A stretch of 64,000 bases of DNA. Origin: Histomonas meleagridis 2922-C6/04-290x (lineage: Eukaryota; Protista; Parabasalia). Positions 1-10,105 of the stretch are shown here, one piece after another (within the stretch, counting starts at the first letter, position 1; every line of letters begins with the position of its first letter). The notes under the pieces were generated by a model, which worked only from the letters and a program-made list of their open reading frames with translations, was not told the DNA's origin and did not search any database. A program made the position numbers and the translations under genes. Location: the NCBI GenBank assembly GCA_020184695.1, contig JAANOX010000224.1, positions 248,001 to 312,000 of the forward strand. Reading direction: 5' to 3'.

Positions 1-518
1 ATAAGCTGATGGAAAAAAAAAATCAGTAGGATCGATTTCACTTTTTGAACATGATTCTATTGAAACCGATCGAAAAGAACTTATTTTTTACACAGAATGA
101 GGTGAACTCACCCCTCAAAAAAGTACATTTCAGTCCAGTTTGGCTTCATCCAGCCACTTTCTATTGGCACAAGTTCAAAGGCACTGGGCTCGCCTCATTT
201 TTGTATAATGTGAAATAGATTTTCCTCCGATATTAAAACATAAATTAAATTGATCTTCGAATGATTTCATAAAACATCCTTTACTTTTTGTGGCGTTGTC
301 AGAAGCTTCATTTTTTCATTGTTTTCACCTTTTAATTGAGATTATAGGTTTGTCGCTCTGTTTTTTCTCCATTAGTTGATCACTTTTATGATATTACTCC
401 AATGAGTAATCATCCAACTTTTTAAGAACATAACAGTTTCACTATCTCAATTTTTTCATTATCATTAGCATTGAAAACAAAAAATGCCAAACAAAGAGAG
501 AACAACCACTCTGACAAA

Positions 519-3434
519 ATGATGTACTTTGTTTTCTCTGTTTTATTATTCTATAAAAGTTTTCAAATATCTCAATTTTTTGTCACAGAAGATGGAATTT
601 TTGAATATGGCTTTCAGGAGTCGTCAGGTGATCTTGTTCTTACAAACATTCTACAAAACATTGTCGGCAATATAATTATTCCTTCAACAATTCAACATGA
701 AGGTAAAAATTATGCTGTGACTCGATTAGAAATTAATCAAAACCTTGTTGGTAATCTAACAGGTGATCTAAAAATTTCAGACACAGTTACAACAATTGGA
801 AATAATTTTTTCAAAGAACAAGAGATTACATCACTTCATTTAGGATCTGGTTTAAAATCCATTGGTGATTATTGCTTTGCATACTGTAATAAACTCAAAA
901 ATATAATATTTCCTTCTTCACTGGAAGTAATTGGGAAATGTGCTTTTATGGAGACTAACATTAATTCATTTATCTTACCAGAAAATTCAAATCTTCAAAT
1001 CATTAATGACCAAGCATTTTTTCATACAAAATTAGTTGGAGATATTAAATTTCCTCAAACCCTTGTACAAATTGGTAATGAGTGTTTCAAAGAATTAGAT
1101 ATTACTTCAATATCTTTCGGAACATCAGCAGCACTTGAAATTGGATATTCAGCCTTTGAGAAATCAAAATTAAATTGTGATTTAAAATTTACAAATGATA
1201 ATTTAACCATTGGCTATAATTGTTTTGATCATACAAATATTACACATTTCGAAGTTAATGCAAAAAATTTTGTAAATATATTATCATATGCCTTTTATAA
1301 ATGTTCGTTCTTGAAAAAAGTTAAAATTTCACAAAACCTTTGTGGAACAAGAATTTTGCAAAGTTCTTTTGAAAAATGTGAGAATCTTATATCATTTGAA
1401 GCTAATAGTTTATTGAATATTTCGTCCGCTTTGGTAAGTGAATGTAAGAATTTAGAAACTTTTACGATTAGCGGATTATTTCGAGACTCTAAAATTTTGG
1501 TATCAACATATGGTTGTCCTAAACTTTCAGAAGTTTCTTTAAGCAATGCAAATTATTTACTTTTAGATGCATTTGTTTCTGTCGAAACACTTGAATATAT
1601 TTACTTCTATAATTCAGATATCAATTTTTCTAAATATTCATTTAACAATTGTCCACTTTTCAAAAATATTATACTTATTGGTTCAAAAATTGATGTTATT
1701 GAATCTTTTGCATTTTATAAATGTCCTCTATTAGAATTTGATAGTTCCATTTCATTACGTATGGAATCACATGCATTTCAAGAATCATGTTTACAAACTT
1801 TTACTTTTAATGTTTCAGTAATTCCTTCTTATGCAATTTCAGGATCATTAACATTAAAATATATTCGAATTACAAAAACTGTAACTTATATTTCTGCACA
1901 TTTTATAGAACAATGTCCTAATTTTATATCACTTGAATTTCTTGATCCTGAATCAGATGGAAATGATTTAATTATTGGTAATGAAGCATTTTGGAAAATG
2001 GACACATTTGATTTATCATCAAGACTTCCTAAAAGATTAATTAAAATTGGAGATGAAGCATTTTCAGGTTGTAGCAAAATTACAGGATCACTTTTTATTC
2101 CTCAAAAACTTACATCAATTGGTAATTATGCATTTGCAAATTGTATTGGATTAAATGGGATTTTAGATTTTACAATAAATAATGTATTAGAAAATATATC
2201 TTCTTATGCATTCTTAGGATGCTCATTACGAGGTTCTTTAGTTTTTCCGAATTCACTTAAAAAAATTGGCGCTTGTTCATTTTCATATTGTAAATTTAAT
2301 GGTCCATTAGTTATTCCTGATAATGTTAATAGAATTGAGAAATATGCTTTTGCTTTATGTTCATCATTTACAGGCTCATTAATTATTGGAAATAATGTTG
2401 AATATATTGGTTCATTTGCATTCTCTGAATGTAATGGTTTTAATGGACAACTTGAATTTCATACTAAAAAACTGAGAAGAATTGGTAAGAATGCATTCTT
2501 CTTATGTTCCTCATTAAAAGGTAATTTAGTCTTACCAAATACTTTAGAATGGATTGGGGATTTTGCATTTTTTGATTGTCATAATCTAAAAGGTTTATCT
2601 TTACCAAATTCACTTTTACATATTGGCGATTCTACTTTTGCTTATTGTACCGGATTTACTGAAACTTTAAATTTACCGAAAAATCTTAATCACATTGGAA
2701 CGAATGCCTTTTTCCAATGCGAAGGTTTCACGAAGATTGAATTTGATAAGCAAATCGCTAGCGATAAAATTATTATCGGAAATAAAGCATTTGGTAATTT
2801 AAAAATTACATGTTTATCAAATGTTCCAAAAACATGTGAAGGTAATGCATCAAACACTAACAGATGTTATGATTCAACAAATTTTGCATGGTACCATACA
2901 TCTTCTAATATTAGAGAGAGCTGTTCTGCTACTGAAGCCGTGAGAATAACCCAAAGGGTTATTGAAATAATATGTTCATTAGGGATAATTGGAATTGCAT
3001 ACAAAATTGTGAAATGTATTCGACAATATTGCGGAAAGGAAAAGCATCTGGAAGCAATATTTGATGAACTCATTCAAGAAGCAAAAGAAAATTATGAAAA
3101 AGATTATAGAAATCAAAAAATAAACCCTGAAAGTATATGCAATTTTTGGGATCCTTATAAAAAGAGTATAGAAATTTATATCCAAGATGAATTAGATAAT
3201 CAAAATTTCAAGCACACTCAAAATGATTTGGTAAAAATTCTAAATAAGTCATTTCAGAAATTATGGCCATCAGCTCCAGCTTCATATAAAAAACATTTCA
3301 TTGACAACGCCTTCAATGGTTTGGAGCTGCCAAAGAGAAAATGTTGTTGTTGGGGAAAAAACGATAATAATAATAATCAAACTGAACAACAAGTGATTGC
3401 AAACCGACCTCTTATTCAAGGACAAGGAGTTTGA
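519..3434 (+). CDS. BspA-like (TpLRR) leucine-rich repeat surface protein with signal peptide, C-terminal TM and long cytoplasmic tail
   Basis: ORF 471-3434; first ATG at 519 (MMYFVFSVLLF, hydrophobic). Many xLxxIGxxAFxxC repeats (e.g. LTSIGNYAFANC); TM VIEIICSLGIIGIAYKIV; tail with CCC. Confidence 0.9.
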   Translation: MMYFVFSVLLFYKSFQISQFFVTEDGIFEYGFQESSGDLVLTNILQNIVGNIIIPSTIQHEGKNYAVTRLEINQNLVGNLTGDLKISDTVTTIGNNFFKEQEITSLHLGSGLKSIGDYCFAYCNKLKNIIFPSSLEVIGKCAFMETNINSFILPENSNLQIINDQAFFHTKLVGDIKFPQTLVQIGNECFKELDITSISFGTSAALEIGYSAFEKSKLNCDLKFTNDNLTIGYNCFDHTNITHFEVNAKNFVNILSYAFYKCSFLKKVKISQNLCGTRILQSSFEKCENLISFEANSLLNISSALVSECKNLETFTISGLFRDSKILVSTYGCPKLSEVSLSNANYLLLDAFVSVETLEYIYFYNSDINFSKYSFNNCPLFKNIILIGSKIDVIESFAFYKCPLLEFDSSISLRMESHAFQESCLQTFTFNVSVIPSYAISGSLTLKYIRITKTVTYISAHFIEQCPNFISLEFLDPESDGNDLIIGNEAFWKMDTFDLSSRLPKRLIKIGDEAFSGCSKITGSLFIPQKLTSIGNYAFANCIGLNGILDFTINNVLENISSYAFLGCSLRGSLVFPNSLKKIGACSFSYCKFNGPLVIPDNVNRIEKYAFALCSSFTGSLIIGNNVEYIGSFAFSECNGFNGQLEFHTKKLRRIGKNAFFLCSSLKGNLVLPNTLEWIGDFAFFDCHNLKGLSLPNSLLHIGDSTFAYCTGFTETLNLPKNLNHIGTNAFFQCEGFTKIEFDKQIASDKIIIGNKAFGNLKITCLSNVPKTCEGNASNTNRCYDSTNFAWYHTSSNIRESCSATEAVRITQRVIEIICSLGIIGIAYKIVKCIRQYCGKEKHLEAIFDELIQEAKENYEKDYRNQKINPESICNFWDPYKKSIEIYIQDELDNQNFKHTQNDLVKILNKSFQKLWPSAPASYKKHFIDNAFNGLELPKRKCCCWGKNDNNNNQTEQQVIANRPLIQGQGV

Positions 3435-4301
3435 TAAAATTGGATTAGAAAGTGATATATGAGAATACATCATTTCTACTACATTAATAAACAATAATTT
3501 GGAAAAAAAATATGGAATACTTTTACATGATTATTGAGAAATTTCATAAAGAACTGGTTTTAAAACGAATAATAAATCTTTCTAAAAAATAAAATGATCA
3601 AGTTATCTAATCATATGTGGTAACTCTTTTTTCAAGGTTGTTGAAATAAAAAATTGAAATTTTATAAAAATTATATAATAAACTGATTCCAAATAAAGCA
3701 AGAGGGGATTGCTTGTGCATTGCAGTGACTGCACATTGACATAGCCTTGGAACAAGGAAGAGTACATGGTAAAATCACTTTATATTCAGCTCGAAAAATA
3801 TTTTATCAAAATATCAATTTTTTTTTCCAATCATACGCCACCAAAAATTGTAGTTTGTTGGAAGTTCATTTTAAGACACTCATTACAAAGCATTAACACA
3901 ACATCCCTAGCTTAACTCAATTTTTAAAAGAAAACACACATAATTCAATGATTTATTTCGACTCGACCCAAAGGCCCCTAAGAATAAACCATTGGATTTT
4001 ATATCGTTTTAGTGTACGGTCTTTCAATTTATAAAAAACCCTGAAAAATATTTGTATCAAAAAGATGAATAAAGTATTCAATCAATGTGATTGAGGAATG
4101 TACATAACCGTTTCATCGGTTTGAGACATTTCTGGGAACTTTCTGTCACACCTTTTCTAAATACAACGTTATTGTTTTCTCAGAATCATTTTGAGGGGAT
4201 TCTTTGTTTTGAATGGTTTTTGATATATTTACACTGTAGAACTTCAGCCAACCGATTTCTAGAAAGGACAGAAAACAAATCAAACCTCATTTCATTTTAA
4301 A

Positions 4302-4748
4302 ATGATAAATCAAGAAAATGGAACGTCATTAGAATCTAATATGCACAGTAATGAGATCTGTATGGTTGACCCAAAAAATACAATTGGATTAATGATCAAC
4401 CAAGGAGAAAAAGAAAAAGAAATAGTAAAAAGGAGGCTTGCCTTATATAGCTACAACCTAAAGGCAGTGCAAAGAGCGTTCTCGGATAAAAAAATTTCCA
4501 AGATGCCCATGTTGAGAAAGATACAACTCAAAACGTGTGAAATGTTCAACTTGAAAACGGACAGAGCTGCATGGAGAACAAAGTTAGGGATATATAGTTG
4601 GTTCTGCATGCATTGGAAAACAATTGGGAAAGATGTTCCCATAATTATATCAATGTTAAACAATGATGCATCGGTGTCTACACCATTTCCAAACAATTTA
4701 CTGTTTGTCAATCTTCCACCATCATTTCATATTATTGATAAATTTTGA
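4302..4748 (+). CDS. Small hypothetical protein resembling a trichomonad-expanded family (DRxxxRxKxxxxxWFxxxW motif)
   Basis: 148-aa ATG ORF containing LKTDRAAWRTKLGIYSWFCMHW; family assignment is from recall of the motif only. Confidence 0.6.
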   Translation: MINQENGTSLESNMHSNEICMVDPKNTIGLMINQGEKEKEIVKRRLALYSYNLKAVQRAFSDKKISKMPMLRKIQLKTCEMFNLKTDRAAWRTKLGIYSWFCMHWKTIGKDVPIIISMLNNDASVSTPFPNNLLFVNLPPSFHIIDKF

Positions 4749-5089
4749 TAATAAATATTTTAAATCTCACTTGTATTTTTTCGACTTTGCGTTTCCATTC
4801 TGCGAATTTTACTAGCCACATTAATTTTTTTAAGTTTTGAAAAACAGAGACGATGTTGTCTCCATGTAATAGTTTTTGAAAAAAACAAAATTTGTGAATT
4901 TTTTAATTCAATATTTTCAATGAGATCGATCATTTTAAGGCAAAAAATGTCTCGCTTGAAGCGCTATGAAACCAGAAGTACAAATAATTATTGCCAGTTT
5001 ATGATAAAAGCAACCAAAAGCCTCATCAAAAATACATTTTGTTTCCAACATTTACTATGATTTTAATTACTATTTGAAAAATAACAAAA

Positions 5090-5671
5090 TTAGCAACAGT
5101 TTCCACACTTTTCCGCACTTCGTGATAAAACTGATGGATGAATAACAAACTTATTAGGGGAGTTCCTCTTGGTTTGGAGTGTTTGTGCTACCATCTTGAA
5201 AATCTCTTCAACATTTTCCCCTGTCTTTGCCGAGGTTTCGTAAAGCGAAAACCCTCTTTCTTTTGCCCATTTGGTAAGTCTCTTAAATTCGACTTCTTCT
5301 AAATCTGTTGTCATTGGCGAGTCTTTTTTGTTTGCAACAATGACAACCATGCTGTCATTCCCAACAACGCTTTCATAGTTCTGAACCCAGAAATCTATAT
5401 TTTTTAGACTTGATAAATTTTCTTTCGAGCAAACAACAATTGCGGCTTCTGAATTTTGGTAATAAATTCCACCCAAAGATTTGTATTTTTCTTGCCCGCC
5501 TGTATCCCATATCTGAAGAACTGTTGATCCAATTTTCCAATTTCCAAATCCTGTTCCAATTGTAGAGTTATATTCCGATATGTAAGAATCGCATGTTAAT
5601 CTGTGCATTATGGACGTCTTTCCAACATAAGGGTCCCCGAGTAAGACCACTTTATGCTTGGATTCATTCAT
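5090..5671 (-). CDS. Rab-family small GTPase
   Basis: GDPYVGKT (G1), WDTGGQE (G3), NKKD (G4), ETSAK (G5), C-terminal CGNCC prenylation motif. Confidence 0.95.
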   Translation of the reverse strand: MNESKHKVVLLGDPYVGKTSIMHRLTCDSYISEYNSTIGTGFGNWKIGSTVLQIWDTGGQEKYKSLGGIYYQNSEAAIVVCSKENLSSLKNIDFWVQNYESVVGNDSMVVIVANKKDSPMTTDLEEVEFKRLTKWAKERGFSLYETSAKTGENVEEIFKMVAQTLQTKRNSPNKFVIHPSVLSRSAEKCGNCC

Positions 5672-5673
5672 TT

Positions 5674-5678
5674 AGTGA
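5674..5678 (-). promoter_or_regulatory. Trichomonad initiator (Inr) TCACT before the Rab ATG
   Basis: Minus strand reads AATCACTAAATG; matches the TCA(+1)YT/A Inr consensus. Confidence 0.5.
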
Positions 5679-6500
5679 TTCTTTTTTCAAAGACATTGGA
5701 ATGTACAACCGAAGGTCTGAAAAAGTCATATCGAAACAAAAATTGAATGATCGGTTAAGGTTTGAATCAAATGGTCAATCCTCCGCCTTAAACACGGATT
5801 TGACCAATGAATTTATGTTATGGTATATAATAAAGAACAGCCTTTACAATTCAATCGAGAAAAAAACATTGAACATTTGAAATTTGTAAAAATAAATAAT
5901 ATTGTTAATTTTACTTGAGCAAGAGGCGGGTGGGAAAAAACGTTCAAAGTATACATAAAAAAAGTTGATTTTCAAAACGACGTTAAGGTCCTTGTTGAGG
6001 ATGTCTTATTTTCTTGATTTTTCTTTGTTTATTTTTATATCTTGTCGAATCTTTGGCTTTCTTTTTTTTTTAATAACCACTTAATCCCAATTTTTTTTTA
6101 TATTTATCTTTAAAGAGGAAAAGAGAACAACAGTAATTTTTTTCAATGATTAAATGAATCTCTCAGAAAAAAAAAACGATGATCTGCTGTCAGAAAATTT
6201 TGGGCAATTGAAATTTTCGCAGCGGTTCCGGAAACATTGAGTAATTTACGAAAAGTGAGGCAAAAGTTTGGGATCTTAGTTAAGATCAAACAAAAAAACT
6301 TATTTTTCACACATTTCCCATGTTACATATTCGGCTGAAACAGCTCCTAGTTGTTACATATAATTTTTTATCTCAAGATAAAAATCATGACTTAAAAATT
6401 TTTAATTTAAAAGTATTAACAATGCACCAGAAAAAATTTACATTTCAACCAAATCAATGAAATTACTCAAGATTAAATTGTATCAAAAAAAAAAGAATGA

Positions 6501-7349
6501 TTATTCTTTTTTATCATTTTGCTCTTCTTCTTGATTGTTTTCTTTTTCTGCTTCTTCAATCATGTTATTTACTTTTGAGAAAGTTTCATCAGTTAGTTTT
6601 TTGACATCTTCCGGTGTCATTCCAGCCCAATCTGGTGCCCAGTACACAATTCCACGTGCAGATTCAAGAAGTATGCCTGGAACTAAGCTGTTAGCTATGT
6701 AGTTTTCAACCCTTGTTTGGAGTCCCCAGATTCTTACATTAGTTTTAAGAACCTTGCAAATGAACATCATTGGGCCCTTGTAGTCGGCTACCCACTTTGG
6801 TGGATACTTGTAATCATGTTCTTTCCCTTGTGGTGGTAATTGTTGAATTCCTGCTGCTTCGCATACAAATCCACCAAGCCTCCTTTCTTCTTTTGGTAAT
6901 GGGGCTGAATCAATGATATCAAGATATCGAACTTCTCGTATTTTAAGTTCTTCTTCGTTTAAGTTAGCTGGATTATCAATATCTTCGATGCTTGTGAAAG
7001 CGTGTGCACTGGAATCAATGCTAAATTGGAACCTTTCACCAAAAAATGGAATAATGTAGTCTAAATGTGTTGTTGGAGGAGTTGAATAAGCTTCTTCATG
7101 GAAATCTGCTATTGAGGTTGGGACAGCCCAACGAATCCAAGCAGGAACTCTAGACTTATAGTGGTAAATTTTGTGCTCATGCTTTCCCTGCCTACCATCT
7201 TCTGTTGTGTAAAAGTCTCGAGAAACAAATTCAATTCCTTCACCTCCACTTGATTCTTCCATGGTTCGTTGTAAAATCATGTAATCATCAGCAACATCGA
7301 ATTGTTCGAGTGCAATTGGAAGAATAATTCGAAGTTCGACTATCTTCAT
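6501..7349 (-). CDS. Phosphatidylinositol transfer protein (PITP family)
   Basis: N-terminus MKIVELRIILP, ESSGGEGIE, HKIYHYKSRVPAWI, FHEEAYS, MFICK and WGLQTRVENYI match PITP motifs. Confidence 0.9.
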   Translation of the reverse strand: MKIVELRIILPIALEQFDVADDYMILQRTMEESSGGEGIEFVSRDFYTTEDGRQGKHEHKIYHYKSRVPAWIRWAVPTSIADFHEEAYSTPPTTHLDYIIPFFGERFQFSIDSSAHAFTSIEDIDNPANLNEEELKIREVRYLDIIDSAPLPKEERRLGGFVCEAAGIQQLPPQGKEHDYKYPPKWVADYKGPMMFICKVLKTNVRIWGLQTRVENYIANSLVPGILLESARGIVYWAPDWAGMTPEDVKKLTDETFSKVNNMIEEAEKENNQEEEQNDKKE

Positions 7350-7738
7350 TAGAAAGCTAAGATTTCTGTTGTTTTTTTCGGTTTGTCAAAAATGTGCGAC
7401 AAACTTTTTGATTAAAATGTTCAGAGAAAACAAAATCCTATCGTCAAACTTTTCAATTGACAATTGTCGAACTGAAACTTAAATTTAGACTGAAATTTCT
7501 TTCCTCATAATGAAAATAAACTTGAACATGTCAAAAATAAGATAGATTATTATACATTTTGTACATAAGATATCTTACAAGTTTTGTTTAATAGAATTTA
7601 TGTAATATATTTGTTGCTTAATAATATATTTTCAAGATGTAAATTATTCATACAGAAATTAATTGTGTCTAAATTGGTACATTTTCTCCAATTTATTTTT
7701 TATAACTTATTATTAATTATATTATATGAAAATCAGTA

Positions 7739-7811
7739 ACACCTATAGCATAATGGATAATGCGCCTCCCTTCTAAGGAGGAGACTCTGGGTTCGAGTCC
7801 CCGTAGGTGTG
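7739..7811 (+). tRNA. tRNA-Arg (anticodon TCT)
   Basis: Cloverleaf: ACACCTA/TAGGTGT acceptor stem, GCAT/ATGC D-stem, CCTCC-CTTCTAA-GGAGG anticodon arm, GGTTCGAGTCC T-loop; followed by a T8 Pol III terminator. Confidence 0.93.
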
Positions 7812-7867
7812 TTTTTTTTGATTTTTTGAGAAATACCTAAAAATTTACAAAAAGTTTATTCAACAAT

Positions 7868-9205
7868 TTACAAAAGCCATTGATCTTTTTCATCTTTGAT
7901 CAAATTAAATGTGATTGGACTGAATTCCTCGGTTGGTGTGTATTCATAACTTTTTTCATAATTCTTTTGTATTGTTTCTTCAGCATTTTTGCTATTTCTT
8001 ATAGTGCACACAACAGATACAGCAATAATTACAATAGCAGCAATGGCTCCGCAAACAATTCCAACAACCTCAAGCTGCGATAAGCCTTCATTAATTACCT
8101 CAGTAGGCAATTCCATATATATAAATTTTTGATAAAATTCCATATATGTAGAATACCTAATAACTGTATATTCATAAAAGACAAGTTCGCTAGTTTTTTG
8201 TGGTGCTAATAGTGTATATGAAATAGACGCATTTAATATACTCATTGTATGCGTTACTAATATTGTATTAGTAAGTTGGAAAGAGTATGTAAAATATGCA
8301 CCACTTGGTAAAGATTGTGTAAATGTCCTCGATTCAGAAAATTCATTTGATTTGGTGAATGTATATGAATTCGTGAATGTATTGGACTTAGTAAATGTAT
8401 TTGATTCAGTAAATGCATTGGACTTAGTAAATGTATTTGATTCAGTAAATGCATTGGACTGAGTGAACTTTGGAGTTGGAGGAGGGGAACACCCTTCAAT
8501 GATTGATCCTTTGACTGCATAAAATGTATAAAAATATTCTTCCAAAAATGTTGTTAAAGTCATTATAGCATCCACAGGACATGATACGAATGGATTTCCT
8601 ATTGTTGTGGGTGTACTATCCCCATAATAATATACGCATTTAAGACTTGTACAATTGAAAAATGCGTATTTCCCAATACTCTCAATCCCATTGCCAAGAA
8701 TTAGCGTGTTAAGTTTTTGACATTGACTAAAACATTGGTTACCAAGAATGGAAACAGAGTTAGGAATTGTTATCGATATAATAGAACTATTCGAAAATGC
8801 ATAATCAGATATTTTATTTATATTTTCACTAAGGTATACAGTTGTAAGGCTTGGACATCTATTAAATGCAAAGCCGCTTATTAGTGTTACAGAGTTTTTG
8901 ATTTCAGCATATGAAAGAAGAGGCCAATCTGCAAATGATCGGCCTATAACTTCACTAACAACATCAATGATGACACGCTTAGTAACATATTTATAATCTT
9001 GCGTAAAGTCAGACATATTTGAAATACTGAGAGTGCATGTATCATTATAAAAAATTTCGAAAGTATGTGAAAATAATGTTGAAATAAAAAATATCGGAAG
9101 AAACGTATTTCTTATAACAAAAAATGATTTGTTTTTTGTTATGTACTTAAATAAAAAAAGAATAGATAAAATTAATGATGTAAAATATATAAAATTAAAT
9201 TCCAT
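7868..9205 (-). CDS. BspA-like LRR membrane protein with Pro/Thr linker, FTxSN repeats and C-terminal TM
   Basis: ORF 7868-9235; first ATG 9205. Repeats such as INKISDYAFSNS and IESIGKYAFFNC; PPPTPKFTQSNAF stalk; TM VVGIVCGAIAAIVIIAVSVVC. Confidence 0.88.
   Translation of the reverse strand: MEFNFIYFTSLILSILFLFKYITKNKSFFVIRNTFLPIFFISTLFSHTFEIFYNDTCTLSISNMSDFTQDYKYVTKRVIIDVVSEVIGRSFADWPLLSYAEIKNSVTLISGFAFNRCPSLTTVYLSENINKISDYAFSNSSIISITIPNSVSILGNQCFSQCQKLNTLILGNGIESIGKYAFFNCTSLKCVYYYGDSTPTTIGNPFVSCPVDAIMTLTTFLEEYFYTFYAVKGSIIEGCSPPPTPKFTQSNAFTESNTFTKSNAFTESNTFTKSNTFTNSYTFTKSNEFSESRTFTQSLPSGAYFTYSFQLTNTILVTHTMSILNASISYTLLAPQKTSELVFYEYTVIRYSTYMEFYQKFIYMELPTEVINEGLSQLEVVGIVCGAIAAIVIIAVSVVCTIRNSKNAEETIQKNYEKSYEYTPTEEFSPITFNLIKDEKDQWLL
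8382..8460. repeat. 36-nt tandem duplication encoding FTxSNx hexapeptide repeats
   Basis: ttggacttagtaaatgtatttgattcagtaaatgca occurs twice exactly plus a partial third copy, within the FTESNTFTKSNA repeat region. Confidence 0.85.
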
Positions 9206-10105
9206 GTTTGATGAAGAAATAATCAACGAAGACATGCCCCACTTAATATATTCATTTCCTTTGTAAATAATTTTTTTTCTCGCAATTTGATTCCAAAATT
9301 TTTAATAGGTAAAATTTCATTTTGACCTTTCGCATATCTTCCATTAATGGAAAATAGGTCGAGTGTTTCTAATAATCTAATGTTCAGAAACAGTCGAAGT
9401 TTCATTGGAAACAACCAATGGATTCGATGGTATGTAAACTATTTAAATAAGTCAAAAAACAAACCGAAACGTTCAACTTTTTAATTGGTATGTTTGACAA
9501 ACAATAACAGATCAATTCAAATTTCTGAAGCCTAACAAATCAATCGGAACTGACAGTTCGAACAAATTTTATGAACGATTTTCGCAAAAGTTACAATGAA
9601 ATATAATTGGATGCATAAAGACATTATAAACTCGGAGTATACCTTTTATCATGCTTAAACAAATTAATTATTTTTCCAATAATTATTAATAATTCGAAAA
9701 CTTATTTAATTTCCTCTACAATCATAAACATGTAAATAACAGTGTGGTGATATATAGGTAATATGCATTATACAGATACGATTGTTTAAATTTGAAAAAT
9801 TCACTTTTAATTGAAAATGTATCATTGTTATAGTGCACCATGTTTTACAAAAGAAAGAGAATATCTTTTCATTTTTTAGATTGCTTACCAACTTGTGCTT
9901 TTTTGAAACATTCATAATCTCTTTAAAGGATAATTAAATTTAATATAATACATATGGGCTTAAATATTTAAGTTGAGCATACATTCTTCATAGATAAAAT
10001 AATAATTGTTGAATCTTTTTCTTTTTTGGATGTTTCTCTCTTTTGTGCCAAATATTTTTAAAAGTGCCATTATTAAAAGCATTCAAATTTCTGTACCACC
10101 AAAAG

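Noticed and set aside
100-300. GC-richer patch upstream of the first BspA
   Set aside because: No convincing RNA fold or ORF; translations contain stops and match nothing I recognise.
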